A stretch of DNA of 64,000 nucleotides from Octopus vulgaris. Taxonomy: Eukaryota. Each line of letters opens with the position of its first letter. Positions within the stretch are counted from its first letter, which is position 1. The DNA lies in the NCBI GenBank assembly GCA_951406725.2, contig OX597832.1:3286001-3350000 (forward strand). Direction: 5' to 3'. A model generated the notes under the pieces. That model ran no database searches. It was not told the origin of the DNA and worked only from the letters and a program-made list of their open reading frames with translations. Below are positions 49,419 through 63,731 of this stretch, one piece after another. A program made the position numbers and the translations under genes.

Positions 49419-49636
49419 TAAGGCGGCGAACTGGCAGAAACATTAGCACGCTGGGTGAAATGCTTAGCAGTATTTCGTCTGTCTTTATGGTCTGAGTTCA
49501 AGTTCTATCAAGGTCAGCTTTGCCTTTCATCCTTTTGGGTCGATAAATTAAGTACCAGTTGCATACTGGAGTCGATCTAATCAACTGGCCTCCTCCCACC
49601 AAAATTTTGGACCTTGTGCATAGAGTAGAAAAGAAT
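49419..49636 (+). mobile_element. SINE family B
   Basis: AAGGCGGCGAACTGGCAGAA head and GGTCGATAAATTAAGTACCAG core. Confidence 0.85.
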
Positions 49637-49641
49637 ATACA

Positions 49642-50256
49642 TGTAAGGATCTAGCTTGACCCTGCATGAGAGTTGAAACCAAATCCACCAGTGTGTTGCT
49701 TGTCAAAATGAGTGGGAAATCCTCTCCACACCAGATGATTGATAAGGAAACGCTCCACTCCCTAGGACCTGTACTGGTCAAGGAAAGGTCAGGCCTTTGT
49801 TTAAGGTTTGACCTACATTACTGACCATAGTCTATATAACAGAAAGAATTTTCTATTACTTCCTCTTTAGTGTCAGCCAGACCAAGGAGCAACACCCGCT
49901 TTGCTTTGCGCTTTGCTTTGCGTCAGCCTTAACCAAGAGCAGCACTTCCCTTTGCCCTTTGCTCAACATGCGAAGAGGGGCTTTCGGCTGCAAGGAAGGC
50001 GATACCACCTTTATCCTTTCTTCCTTTCTAGTCAGCACCATGCATTCCTTACTCTTTCACTCTCTACTGACAATCTTTTTCTACATTATCGACTACTAAC
50101 CAGTGAGCCATCCTTGTTGTCACTATTACTAGAATTGCTATGGTCTCTTTAACAACCAGACAACAAATAAACATATGTAAATAACATTTCTTCCTTCTTG
50201 GTGTCAATTCTTCGATGTTTACTGGTACTCTGACATGAGAACCTTCAAGCGTTACA
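49642..50256 (+). mobile_element. Probable solo LTR, about 615 bp
   Basis: TGTAA...TTACA termini, TATATAA near 49833, AATAAA near 50166, GC-richer than the flanks; no clear TSD. Confidence 0.5.
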
Positions 50257-51416
50257 TCTATACGCCAATTTATATGGCACATCACATCTAGCCTGCTACA
50301 TATATATATATATGTATATGTGTAAGCATGAATTTATGGGTGTGTGTGTGTGTGTACACACACACATACATATACACATGCATACACATACATATATATA
50401 GGTATCTTTCTATGTATGTGTAAGTTCTTCTATCTACTTGTTCCATTTCTTTATTCTTTAACAGCCTGAATGACAGTAAAATGTGGAAGTCTGTAATTTC
50501 CTTTCTAGATTGTTATCTTTTGTAAGAAGAGAAGAATACCAATTCCAAGTATGTGAAGAGACTGTAAGAGTGGAAGAGAAACAGATGTGGGTTGTGGATT
50601 AGAAATATTAGAATATGAAAGCAAAGTGAAGTCTGTGGAAGAAGAAAGTAGGTGGGGAGAGAGAGGGGGGAGAGAGAAAGAGAGAGAGAGGAATTTAGTC
50701 GTGGTGGCAAGTGGTAATATGGTATGATGGAAGGAAGCAAAAAAAAATGTTTCTGAATAGTAGCAAATAAATGAATAAACACTTGCTGCACACCCATATT
50801 AGAAGGAATCTATACCTATTATGAGACCCTTTGGCTACTATACAAACTATCAAAAGTTCAATAAATGGTAGTGCGTATCCTTTCCGTAAGTCATCAACTG
50901 ATTATTGATATGTTGATATTTAATGAAAATCTGCTACTCTTTACACCATTTGCAAGTTCACATTTATATGTATAGCTGTATTGTGGCATGCTATGATTAT
51001 GAAGTTATCTGGAGAAAAAGACTATGATTCTCAAAGAATTAAAATGATATCACTAAAATTTAGTAACAGCTATTTTTCTGTTTTCCACCCTGTCAAACCC
51101 TGCTGTACCAAAATCAACATTTAGGCTATTTTTCATTATGACAAAATTGAAAAATTACTTGGTATAAGGATGGTTGAAGAAATAAAACTTTATCCTCAAA
51201 ATATCATTGGGATATCATGTGCAAATTTCCTTGATTATATGAAGTGTGTACTTTTAATTTTTATATAATTGAACTTGAAGGCACCATGTTTCATAGGAAG
51301 CATCATGTTTGAAAAACAGCCATTGTTTTTCAAACACGTCACCCACTAGTTGATAGTTATTACAATCTATTATATTCATATATTCATATTATATATATAT
51401 ATATATATAAATTATA

Positions 51417-51678
51417 ATAAGGGTGTTGAATGATTACAACACCAGTCTGCTAGAAATAGACCCCAAAAGGTCTATGAACCACTTAGATTATTACTCCACT
51501 ACACAAGGTTTAAAGTGAGGGAAATAGACAGCAAGGATTTATAAAATTATTTTAAAAATCCTCGCTGTCTATTTTCCTTGCTTACAACCTTGTGTAGTGG
51601 AGTAATAATCTAAGTGGTTCATAGACCTTTTGGGCCTATTTCTAGCAGACTGGTGTTGTAATCATTCAACACCCTTAT
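51417..51678. repeat. Near-perfect ~262-bp palindrome (foldback) centred at 51548
   Basis: ATAAGGGTGTTGAATGATTACAACACCAGTCTGCTAG... pairs with ...CTAGCAGACTGGTGTTGTAATCATTCAACACCCTTAT; essentially no spacer. Confidence 0.92.
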
Positions 51679-52613
51679 AATTTTTAATATAATTTAACTA
51701 TTATGGTATTTTTAGCATGCTGGCCAAAGATAAATCATTAAATAATGATTTTATCCCAATTATGTATGTATGTATGTATGTATGTATGTATGTATGTATG
51801 TATGTATGTATGTATGTATGTACGTATGTATGTATGTGTATATATATATATATATAATTTTAATCCAAACGGGGAACAAAAAAACAACAACAATGGAACA
51901 ATTACAGTATTATTATTAATAGGCGCTCAGGAAATGGAAGCAGGAAGGTATGACGTTTCGAGCGGAGCTCTTCGTCGGAAACATAAAGAAGGAAGAGAGA
52001 GGAAAGAAAGATCCCAAAGCGGGCAACAGGGATAGAGAAAAAACGACTGGTGTTTACGAGTTACACATGGTGAAAGGCGGAAGTTTACGATAACAAGAGC
52101 AAAGTAGGTTTTTAAAGCCAAAGAGTGGAGACAAGGTTGGTAACGCAACAGATGTGTGTGTATGTGTGAGTGTGTGCGTGTGCGTGTGTGTATGTTTGTG
52201 TATTGAAATAGCCATTGCTATCTGTTACAAATAGTTTGCATGTCTGTACGTGGAAAGTTTCTTTCCAAGATTGAGGCATAGGTAAAGTTCTTTTTTCTTT
52301 TGATGAAGATCTTGCTATTGCTTGGTAAATTAGTCAGACACTGGAGTACCAGAAAAGACACATCAAAGTATCCCATCTGATGCTCTAGTAATTCCACCAA
52401 TCTACAGCCCTGCATCTTTAATTCCAAAAGAATGAAAGGCACAGTTAAACTTGGAGGAATTAGTACTCAATTTAGCAATAGAGAGTCAGAGCAAACATCT
52501 AATGACTATATATATGTATATATATATACACACACATGCACGCATATATATATAAACATGTATATATATATAAACTTGTATATATATATATAAACAGTAT
52601 ATATATATATATG

Positions 52614-52660
<47 letters not shown>

Positions 52661-52662
52661 TT

Positions 52663-53145
52663 AGTGGAGGCGCAATGGCCCAGTGGTTAGGGCAGTGGAC
52701 TCGCAGTCATAGGATCGCGGTTTTGAAACCCAGAGTGAGCATTGTGAGTGATTATTGAGTGAAAACACCTTAAGCTCCACAAGGCTCTGGCAGGGGGTGG
52801 TGGCAAACCCTGCTGTACTCTTTCACCACAACTTTCTCTCACTCTTTCTTCCTGTTTCTGTTGTCCCTGTATTTCAAAAGGCCAGCCTTGTCACACACTG
52901 TGTCACGCTGTATCTTCCCCAGAACTACGTTAAGGGTACACGTGTCTGTGGAGTGCTCAGCCACTTGCACATTAATAAATGAGCTGCAACATCACTGGTG
53001 CCAAGTTGTATTGGCTTTTGCCTTTCCCGTGGATAACATCGGTGGCATGGTGAGGGGAAGCTGGTATGCGTGGGCGACTACTGGTCTTCCATAAACAACC
53101 TTGCCCAGACTTGTGCCTCGGAGGGTAACTTTCATGGTCATTCAC
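52663..53145 (+). mobile_element. SINE family C with alternative 3' part
   Basis: First ~310 bp match 4909-5218; the 3' part differs. Confidence 0.85.
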
Positions 53146-54429
53146 AACACACACACACATATATATATAGTAAATTCTCCCACTTGCTTCAATATATCAG
53201 TGTCTAACAAATAGTAGCCATTAGACAACCCACAGTGTTGAATGCTGGTGTAGGACTAGCCACACTTTTCAGAAATCCCAACTGCAGTAATTTGTTGCAA
53301 ATGTCTAGCATAAAGTCAATGAAGAACAGACTTCAGATCTCCTGGATGACTTACCTTCACCATGTCTTAGATTCTAACTCACAATAGCAGGCTAAATGTG
53401 CACTGGGGAATGAAATCAGAAATTTCTTATTCTTCTCTCTCTCTCTTTCTCTTTCACACACACACACACACGCACACACACACGCACGCATGCACACATG
53501 CACGCACGCACGCACACCATGCGCGCACACACACACACACACTCTCTCTCTCTCTCTCTAAAACTTCAATGTAAGAAGAATGATGAAAGCAGAACAAGGA
53601 AAATAATTATTTGATATTATTTAAAGTTTATAAGTTTTGACTGTGAACTGAAACTTTGACTATAATGTTAATTAGGAAGAACATCTGTACTTAAAATAAG
53701 TCTATGTCATGCTAAGACATGCCCAGAGAAGAAAGGAGATGGATAGAGTGTGAACATTCAAATCAGCCAGTAAACTTTATTCTAGTTGATGTCTCTAAGG
53801 CCTGCACATTTATATACTCTTATAATGCAAATGTGCAATGAACAGATGGTATTGTAAATATCAAACTTATTTAATTTAGATTTGTTTAAGACTGAATTTG
53901 TATGAGTGAGGGCATCTTTTGCCTTGACTTCTGACCCATAAATTTCAAATCCATTCATTCTGAATATAATTCTTCAGGATTATATTTGATTCATAGTTCA
54001 TAAATTTGAGATAGGACAGAAGTTGATTTTAACATAAGACCTTAAAGGTCATATCATTTCAAAGATTAGTACTGCCCTACTACCATGAAAGTAGCTTTAT
54101 CAGAGACAGCATCAATGACAACTGTGTTTTTTATTTGATAACTTTGGTCAAGTATTACTCTTCTCCTGAACTAAAAAAAATTAATGAATGAATACAAAAT
54201 AAAAAATTAAAATGATATAAAAAATTTTCTATGTAAATTCTGTTTTTTTAACTAATTTTGAAGATAGTATACTGTATCAAATTGAACCTTGGTCTCTGCA
54301 GGAGGTTTTACAAAATGCTGACATATTTGCCAACCCACATATGCCTACTTATACATATATGGTCATGTATAGACTTACTCATCAAGAACATCTATGTGTG
54401 TATCTCTGTATGTGTGAATGTATACTTTT

Positions 54430-55484
<1,055 letters not shown>

Positions 55485-55487
<3 letters not shown>

Positions 55488-55730
55488 CCGGTGGCACATA
55501 AAAAGCACCATCTAATCATGGCTGTCTGCCAGCCTCGTCTGGCACTTGTGGTGGTGGCACATAAAAAGCACCCACTACACTCATGGAGTGGTTGGCGTTA
55601 AGAAGAGCATCCAGCCGTAGAAACACTACCAGATCAGACTGGGCCTGGTGCAGCCTTCTGGCTTCTTAGGCCCCAGTTGAACTGTCCAACCCATGCTAGC
55701 ATGGAAAGCGGACGTTAAACGATGATGATG
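55485..55730 (+). mobile_element. SINE-like family D
   Basis: Two GTGCCGGTGGCAC-type units, core, and GGACGTTAAACGATGATG tail. Confidence 0.85.
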
Positions 55731-55856
55731 ATATACATATACACACACACACACACACATATATATACATACATACATATATACATAAATAAATATATAT
55801 ATATATATACACACACATATATACATAAATAAATATATATATATATACACACACAC

Positions 55857-55895
<39 letters not shown>

Positions 55896-55941
55896 TATAC
55901 ATATATATACACATATACATGTGTGTGTGTATATATGTGTA

Positions 55942-56009
<68 letters not shown>

Positions 56010-56336
56010 CATATACATATGCACAAACACATATAAACAAACATATACACAAGTACAGCTGTCTGATCTAAAGAAAAGCATAAAGAATATAGTTAAATTC
56101 AATATGTGAAGTAAATTTCTCAGAATTCTCAAGTTTCCACCCACAGGCCCAGGCAAATAATGTTGTCGTATGACTGAGTCAGCTTGGTGATGGAATGAGT
56201 AATGTTGTCTGTTGTTTGAGAAATTCTGTTAAAGATTTACCATCCCACAGACATGATTCTGAAGAAGGTTTCAGACATTTCTTTAACATCCCACAAACAT
56301 CATTTTTAAAGAAAAGTGCTTCAGATATTTTCTTAC

Positions 56337-56458
56337 TTTTTTGTCGACAACTCCTACTGATATAACACCACACCCAAGTAGCAGAGTACAGTCATATGGC
56401 AGCATTCTGACCGATAATGACTCAAATCTCTGCAAGACATTTCTATATTTGGATGTTG
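56337..56458 (-). CDS. Tentative upstream (signal-peptide) exon of the collagen gene, ...MLPYDCTLLLGCGVISVGVVDKK
   Basis: Long polypyrimidine tract plus AAG acceptor, GTAAGA donor in phase 0 (compatible with the exon starting at 26489), in-frame ATG at 56405 with A at -3, 13-residue hydrophobic stretch. Unverified. Confidence 0.25.
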
Positions 56459-56810
56459 CTTTAAAAACATAAAAGATTAAGAAAGAAAACAAAGAAATAC
56501 ACAGAAGACAAACAAAGCATATGAAAGCAATCTGATACATTTACATCCCAGAGTTGATTCTTTTAAAGTAAGTTAACCTAGTGATGGTGATAGGTAAATG
56601 ACCTTAGAAATATGATAAAATATAATTAATGCAATCAACATTTATATTAGTTCATCTATTTTTAAATAGGTTAATTTTCATTGATGCTATAAGAAAGGAA
56701 GAGTTGTGAAAACCAGTCTCCTTCAAATTTTTACAGCAGGCAAGTTATATAATAATAAATTGCATATGTATAGACACACACATGTGTGCATGTGTATGTG
56801 TGTGTGCATC

Positions 56811-56841
<31 letters not shown>

Positions 56842-57683
56842 ATATATATATATATACATATGCATGTGTGTATGTATGTATAGGCATACACATATGTACA
56901 TATATATAGACATACACACATATACCCACGCATGTTTATCTATATATACACAACCCACGCATATACTTTTAGAGCATATATACATACACATTTTATAAAT
57001 ATATACACATGCATTTTTATGCATACGTGTACAAATTATTTATAGAGCAAAATGCATTTATATATTTGTTGTATATTTTTTATGGTTTATTATATGTGAT
57101 AACAATCTAATTTTAAACAAGACCAAAGTCTGAGAGTTCCAGAATTAGCTTGTGTAGAGTTTTTCTTCTGTAATTACGCTTTAGATTTTGGAAGACTAGA
57201 TTGATCAGTAGATTGAAAAATAGTGACATTTTCTTTTGCACTCTATACTTTTGAGATGAGCTCACATGGAGCAGGAATATTCATTAGCAGATAAATTCAA
57301 AAGAGTTTCCTACACTTGTATGGACATGTAATATATTTGTGGTAGATAGAATTAAAGGTACATTAAAGTAAGCACAAGAGAGAAATATTTAAGCCAGATC
57401 CAAGAATATTTGGGTTCAAAAATGAGATGGTACAGAACTGAGATGTATGGAGAGATGTCATATTTTATATCTTTTTAATCTAATTCATCTTAAAAAAGAA
57501 GACGATTTGATTGTCAGAGGTACACTTTTTCTAGTGTTATAATTTCTAGACACGAAAACAACCATTATTGGCTTTAAATTCTTTTTAACATAAGTTTCAT
57601 GCAAGAATTGAGAATACATGATTGATCCAATGTTTTTGCATTGAAATTAAAAAAATGCTTCTAAAAAGTTGATGACTTGATGA

Positions 57684-57908
57684 CAGTGGTTCTTAATTGT
57701 AGTCCATATGAACCTTGGAAGTCTATATAAGATTTTATTGTTAAAATTTATCTGCAATAAATTGGCTATATTTCTACAAGACACAAAATATCAAAATTTT
57801 TTAATAAAAATATAATAGGATTTTTGAAGCATCAAATAGCTTTGAGGGTCCATCCAAGTAGAATATGTACCAAAGGGGTCATGAGAAAAAAATGGTTGTG
57901 AACCACTA
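57684..57908. mobile_element. hAT (Charlie-like) MITE
   Basis: Termini CAGTGGTTCTTAA ... TTGTGAACCACTA; no clear 8-bp TSD. Confidence 0.5.
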
Positions 57909-58903
57909 TTCTAGGTTAAATGTGTAGTAACTGGACAACAGTATCCTGTGAAAAGTACAATGGGGGTTATCATTTGAAAAACCATCCAGCACTTTCTTTT
58001 GTAACAGATCATGAAGAATTGATAGTTGAATCTGAGGCCTCATATAGTTCAGCTTATTTGTCACTTATAAATACATGATGCAACACTTGATAATTATGTC
58101 TGTGGGGATGCATATCCAGGTTTGCTGCTCTCCTTCCTTTCTTCATGTATTTCCACTTACCAAATCCTCCTCTCTGAGCCACTTTTTCTTTTATTCCTTT
58201 TACCTTAATGATATTTACCATTGGCTACACCCCCCCCCGTTTATTCCATTCACCGTCTGTAACCATCTGTCTCTCTCCTCTTGCACTTTAATGAACTTAT
58301 CCACCCACCCACCCATTCTGATTCTTTGTATTCCATCACACTTCCCATCTTGTATTTTGAGAGTACCTCATCACCACTATCATTGTCTTCTTTCCAGCTA
58401 CTCCCACCCACCCTTAAGTAATGCAGGGTAGCGATTATTTCTTCTATAGCAAGACACTTATGCCTGTCTCTCTATCATATTTAGCCTCTCAAAACTTGGC
58501 ATAAAGCCACCATCCCCTCTACTAGAACCTTTCATCTTGTAAATTTAGGAATGTGTTTTGATTTTGTGTTTTTCTTTTTTGCCATTGTAGCAAATTGTCT
58601 TGCAGCATAATTGTGTAGGGGTAAGTATTTTGGATGTACATATATAGAACTTTTGAAATTTGTAAAACAAACCTTTTATTATTTTTTTGTTGTTGTCTAC
58701 CTAATGCCTGGGGACTGAGGGCAGCCATCTCTTAGGTGATATATAGTCCTTTGTACAAATACTTCAATGAAAATCTCATTTGGGAATACTTGAATAGACT
58801 GGGTTTCAGTGAATGAAAAAACATCTCACTATGAGAGTAAAATAAGATGATGACGATGATGATGATGATGATGATAATAATCATAATAATAATAATAGAT
58901 AGA

Positions 58904-59187
58904 GCCGTTGCCAGCCTCGCCTGGCCCCCGTGCCGGTGGCACGTAAAAAGCACCATCCGTCCATGGCCGTTTGCCAGCTCCGTCTGGCACCTGTGTGGGT
59001 GGCACGTGAAAAGCACCCACTACACTCACGGAGTGGTTGGCGTTAGGAAGGGCATCCAGCCGTAGAAACACTGCCAGATCAGACTGGGCCTGATGCAGCC
59101 TTCTGGCTTCACAGACCCCAGTTGAACCGTCCAACCCATGCTAGCATGGAAAGCGGACGCTAAATGATGATGATGATGATGATGATG
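58904..59187 (+). mobile_element. SINE-like family D
   Basis: Near-identical to 14305-14595. Confidence 0.88.
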
Positions 59188-59190
59188 AAA

Positions 59191-59811
59191 TAGAGCAACA
59201 AAAGCAACATTAATACCAAAAGGTAAAATATTCACCACTTAAAAATGGATGTTGCATAAGAACACAAATTCTGCTGTATATACCAAGACAAAAGAAGCTG
59301 AAATCCCATCATCCGGTAATCCTGTAGTGGTGATTGTCTGCTACTAGTGATAGCTATGATGTGCTTTTATGCACCAAAAATCCATATGAAAGTTTTCCTC
59401 TCTTGGTAAATATTACAATATTTGTGCATCCTAATGCAACATCCACTTTTCAGTGGTGAATATTTTGCCTTTTGGTATTAATATTGTTTCTGTCACTCTA
59501 TTTACTTTTTAGTAAGCTCACTGGCTTTTGGTGACACCGGTGCCTGATTGGGAGGTTTATATTTCTACGTATATTGCTAGCACAGCAATTACTGCTATTT
59601 CCAGCAGCCAGGTGTTTACCATTGACAAGGCCAAAAGAGGCAGAAATCATGTGATCTGGTGGTTCTGGCAGTAGAAGTAGTGGTGATTGTCTGCTGCTAG
59701 TCATAGCTATGATGTGCCTTTATTCATCAAAAACCTTCTGTCTTGGTAAATATCACAATATTTGTGTGTTCTAATGCAACATTCACTTTTATGTGGTGAA
59801 TATTTTACCTT
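59191..59811. mobile_element. MITE-like element with ~100-bp TIRs (59191-59290 and 59401-59500) plus a second copy of the right end (about 59678-59811)
   Basis: TAGAGCAACA..TAATACCAAAAGGTAAAATATTCACCAC pairs with GTGGTGAATATTTTGCCTTTTGGTATTA..TGTCACTCTA; segment 59324-59470 is repeated downstream. Confidence 0.7.
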
Positions 59812-59823
59812 ATAATAATAATG

Positions 59824-59889
<66 letters not shown>
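59811..59889. repeat. (TAA)n microsatellite
   Basis: Direct reading. Confidence 0.95.
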
Positions 59890-60586
59890 GTGGTTTCAAA
59901 ATTTAGCACAAAGCCAGCAATTTCAGGGAGGGGGTAAGTGAACTATATTGACCCTAGTGCTCAACTGGTACTTATTTTATTGAACCCCCTCCCCCCAATG
60001 GATGAAAGGCAAAGTTGATCTCAGCAGATGTTGACCTGAGAACATAAAGATGGATGAAATCCCACTAAGCATTTTGTCTGGCATGCTAATGATTCCATCA
60101 GCTCACCACCCTAATAATAATAACAACAACAACAGCTATAATAATAATAATAGTTTCAAATTTTGGCATAAGACCAGTAATTTTGAAGGGAGGAGGTAAA
60201 ATGATTACAGTGCTTGATTGGTTCTCTATCTTATCAGCCTCAAAAGGCTGGAAGGTAAAGTTGTTCCTAGTGGAATTTGAACTCGGAATATAAAAAGTCA
60301 GAAGAAATGCTGTTAAGCATTTCGTCTGGTATGCTAATTATCCTACCACATGGCTAAATATAATTATAAAAAATATAATAATTGTTTCTTATTTCGGCAC
60401 AAGGCCGGCAATTTTAAGGGGAAGAAGTTCTTTGATGTCATTAACCCCGGTACTTGACTGGTATTTTGTTTTATCAGCTTCTGAGAGATGAAAGACAAAG
60501 TTGAACTTCATGGGATTTGAAATCAGAATGTAAAGAGCTGGAATAAAAATGAGGTATTTTGTCCAACTCTGTAATGATTCTGCCAA
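59890..60586 (-). mobile_element. Cluster of three SINE family B copies
   Basis: Reverse-complement cores near 59965, 60215 and 60455; (AAT)n between the copies. Confidence 0.8.
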
Positions 60587-61302
60587 TGCACTTTTGGCAC
60601 AGGACTACAAAATTTAGTGGGGACACAATCCAACCAGCTTAGCTACATATAGTTAAGAAGTTTGCTTTGCAGCTATATTGTTCTAAGTTTTGAGCTCACT
60701 TGTGTGACACCTTGGTCAAGTGTCTTCTACCAGAGATCAAGGTTGATCCATGCCTTGTGAGTGGAATTGTTCAATAGTTTACCAAGTAACAGATGCTCTC
60801 TTGTCATAGAAAGTCTGGTGAACCAGTAACTGGCTTGTTGGAAACTTACAACCAATGGCTGTTCTTCAATAATTGAGATACAGAGTCATAAGTAAATAAA
60901 ATTTGACCCAGTATTTGACTGGGATTTACTTTATTCAGCATTCAAAAGGATAAATTAGAAAGTTGACCTTGGAAAGATTTGAGATTAGGACATAAAGTGA
61001 CATAACTGAATATCACAAGTAAGTTTTTGTTTTAACAACTACTATTCTGCATCTAATATCAACAAGAACAAGAACAACAACAACAACAGCAATAACAGCA
61101 GCAGCAGCAAGTTAATGTTTTTATCAATAAACATAGCAGTTTTATCTATTGTTGATGTTTAATGTATATTAACAGATGAAATTCTGAAATTTGCTAAGAA
61201 CTTGAAAGAAGTATATTCTTTATATTGTTTTTTTTTTCCTGATAGCTATGTGTGTGCATGCATGTGAGCTAGAGAGAGGGAAAGAGAAAGAGAATGAATT
61301 AG

Positions 61303-61353
<51 letters not shown>

Positions 61354-61898
61354 ATTGCTAATTTTTTGTCATGTAGACATTAAATGTTATTCCCATTTCA
61401 AAGTAAAAACAACATCTGACATTTAGTTAGTGAATAATTTCAGTTGAAACGATAAACCACCGTGACATAATCCCACCCATACACATATTCCACTCAATCA
61501 GAAATTCACACACTTCGTAATATATCTAAGTCCCTAATGAATGTATATTCACAAAAAAAAACCTAACATTACTTAATATGTAATATAATATTATATTATA
61601 TGTATAATATGATATATATATATATATATATAATATAACATAATATAACATGATATTATGTACTGATTGATTTTATGTATATATCATCCTCCTCCTCATC
61701 ACCATCATCATTGAACATCCCTTTTTCCATGTTGGTATAGGTTGGACAGTTTGACATGAGACAGAGGGCTGTGCCAAGCTCTAATGTTTGCTTTGGTATG
61801 GCTTCTACAGTTGTATAACCTTCTTAATGCTAGCCACACACACATACACACATGCACACACACACGCATGCACACACACACACATGTACACACACATT

Positions 61899-61942
<44 letters not shown>

Positions 61943-61965
61943 AACATCCACATATATATACATGC

Positions 61966-62019
<54 letters not shown>

Positions 62020-62605
62020 TCCATATATATATATATATGTGAGTATATTGGCACACATGTATATATATATATATATATATACACACATCCATACATATGG
62101 GTGTATATTTATACACACACAAGCATACACATAAATGCAGACGGATGGACACACATTTACAAATAATTCCAAGACCAGACATACTTGTGACATAAACATT
62201 GGTTACAAAAATCTGTATACAGAAATACATAGATGAAAGCACACATACACACTTGTTTATATTCACCATACAAGGTGACATAACTTTGGCATTTATAAGA
62301 GATGTAAATGTCCCACTGGAAAATATTAAACCAACAAACTGTGTTCATTTTTTGTGTGATTAAATAATGAAAAATTTGTCTTCGCTGATGTTGATTATTA
62401 AAACAAGTATTTTACTAAGAATATATCATTTACTAAATACCAAAGCATTTAAGAGCAAATCAAAGTACAGAAAAACACCACACACATATATATGCACATT
62501 ACACACAAGCATGCATATACTCGCATTAACAATAGGGCAAAGGGAAAACACCTTGGAGACTGTCTGCATTACACACACACACACACTATTTGGAGAGGAA
62601 ATAAG

Positions 62606-62733
<128 letters not shown>

Positions 62734-63140
62734 AGAGTCTCATATGCATTATAAACTGGGCAGAAAAATTACAGTTAAATGAGATTATCTTTGCAATTAG
62801 TTGACAAAAACTCACACAAGGAGTATTTAAAAGAGGTTTACCTCCTAACTACATGATTTCAGACTCAGTTACACTGTGATGCCTTTGCACGTTTGTTGTT
62901 TATACACCTGTTTTCGTTTTGTTTTTTTGTAAATTCTAACTATATATATATAATATGTAATTAAATTGATTTAATTATAATTAATTTAAGTTTTTCCATG
63001 TTTTCTTACGTGTTGGTGTTACCATTCAAAATGATCGTATGCATGGATTAAAATTTTATAAAACTTTTTACATCTCTTCTCCATCTTTAATTGTGTGTTG
63101 AGTTTATATAGGATACGTGTTCTGTAAGTGCTCATAACAC

Positions 63141-63188
<48 letters not shown>

Positions 63189-63215
63189 ATGTATATATAT
63201 GTATATATATGTATG

Positions 63216-63249
<34 letters not shown>

Positions 63250-63250
<1 letters not shown>

Positions 63251-63668
63251 TCTTACTCTTTTACTCTTTTAATTGTTTCAGTCATTTGACTGTGGCCATG
63301 CTGGAGCACCGCCTTTAATCGAGCAAATCAACCCCGGGACTTATTCTTTGTAAGCCCAGTACTTATTCTATCGGTCTCTTTTTGCCGAACCGCTAAGTGA
63401 CGGGGATGTAAACACACCAACATCGGTTGTCAAGCAATACTAGGGAGACAAACACAGACACACAAACACATACACACACATACATATATATATATACATA
63501 TATACGACAGGCTTCTTTCAGTTTCCGTCTACCAAATCCACTCACAAGGCATTGGTCGGCCCGGGGCTATAGCAGAAGACACTTGCCCAAGATGCCACGC
63601 AGTGGGAATGAACCCGGAACCACATGGTTGGTAAGCAAGCTACTTACCACACAGCCACTCCTGCGCCT
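63250..63668 (-). mobile_element. SINE family A, well-preserved copy in (TA)n
   Basis: GGCGCAGGAGTGGCTGTGTGGTAAG head, GGGTTCATTCCC B-box, internal (TG)n, (AAAAGAGT)n tail. Confidence 0.9.
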
Positions 63669-63731
63669 ATATGTATATATATATACATACACACATTATA
63701 TATATACATCATATACATTATATATATATAT

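Noticed and set aside
56171-56424. Two AP-1-like TGA(G/C)TCA sites, with others at 3912, 26092, 30172 and 40003
   Set aside because: The number seen is about what base composition predicts for 64 kb.
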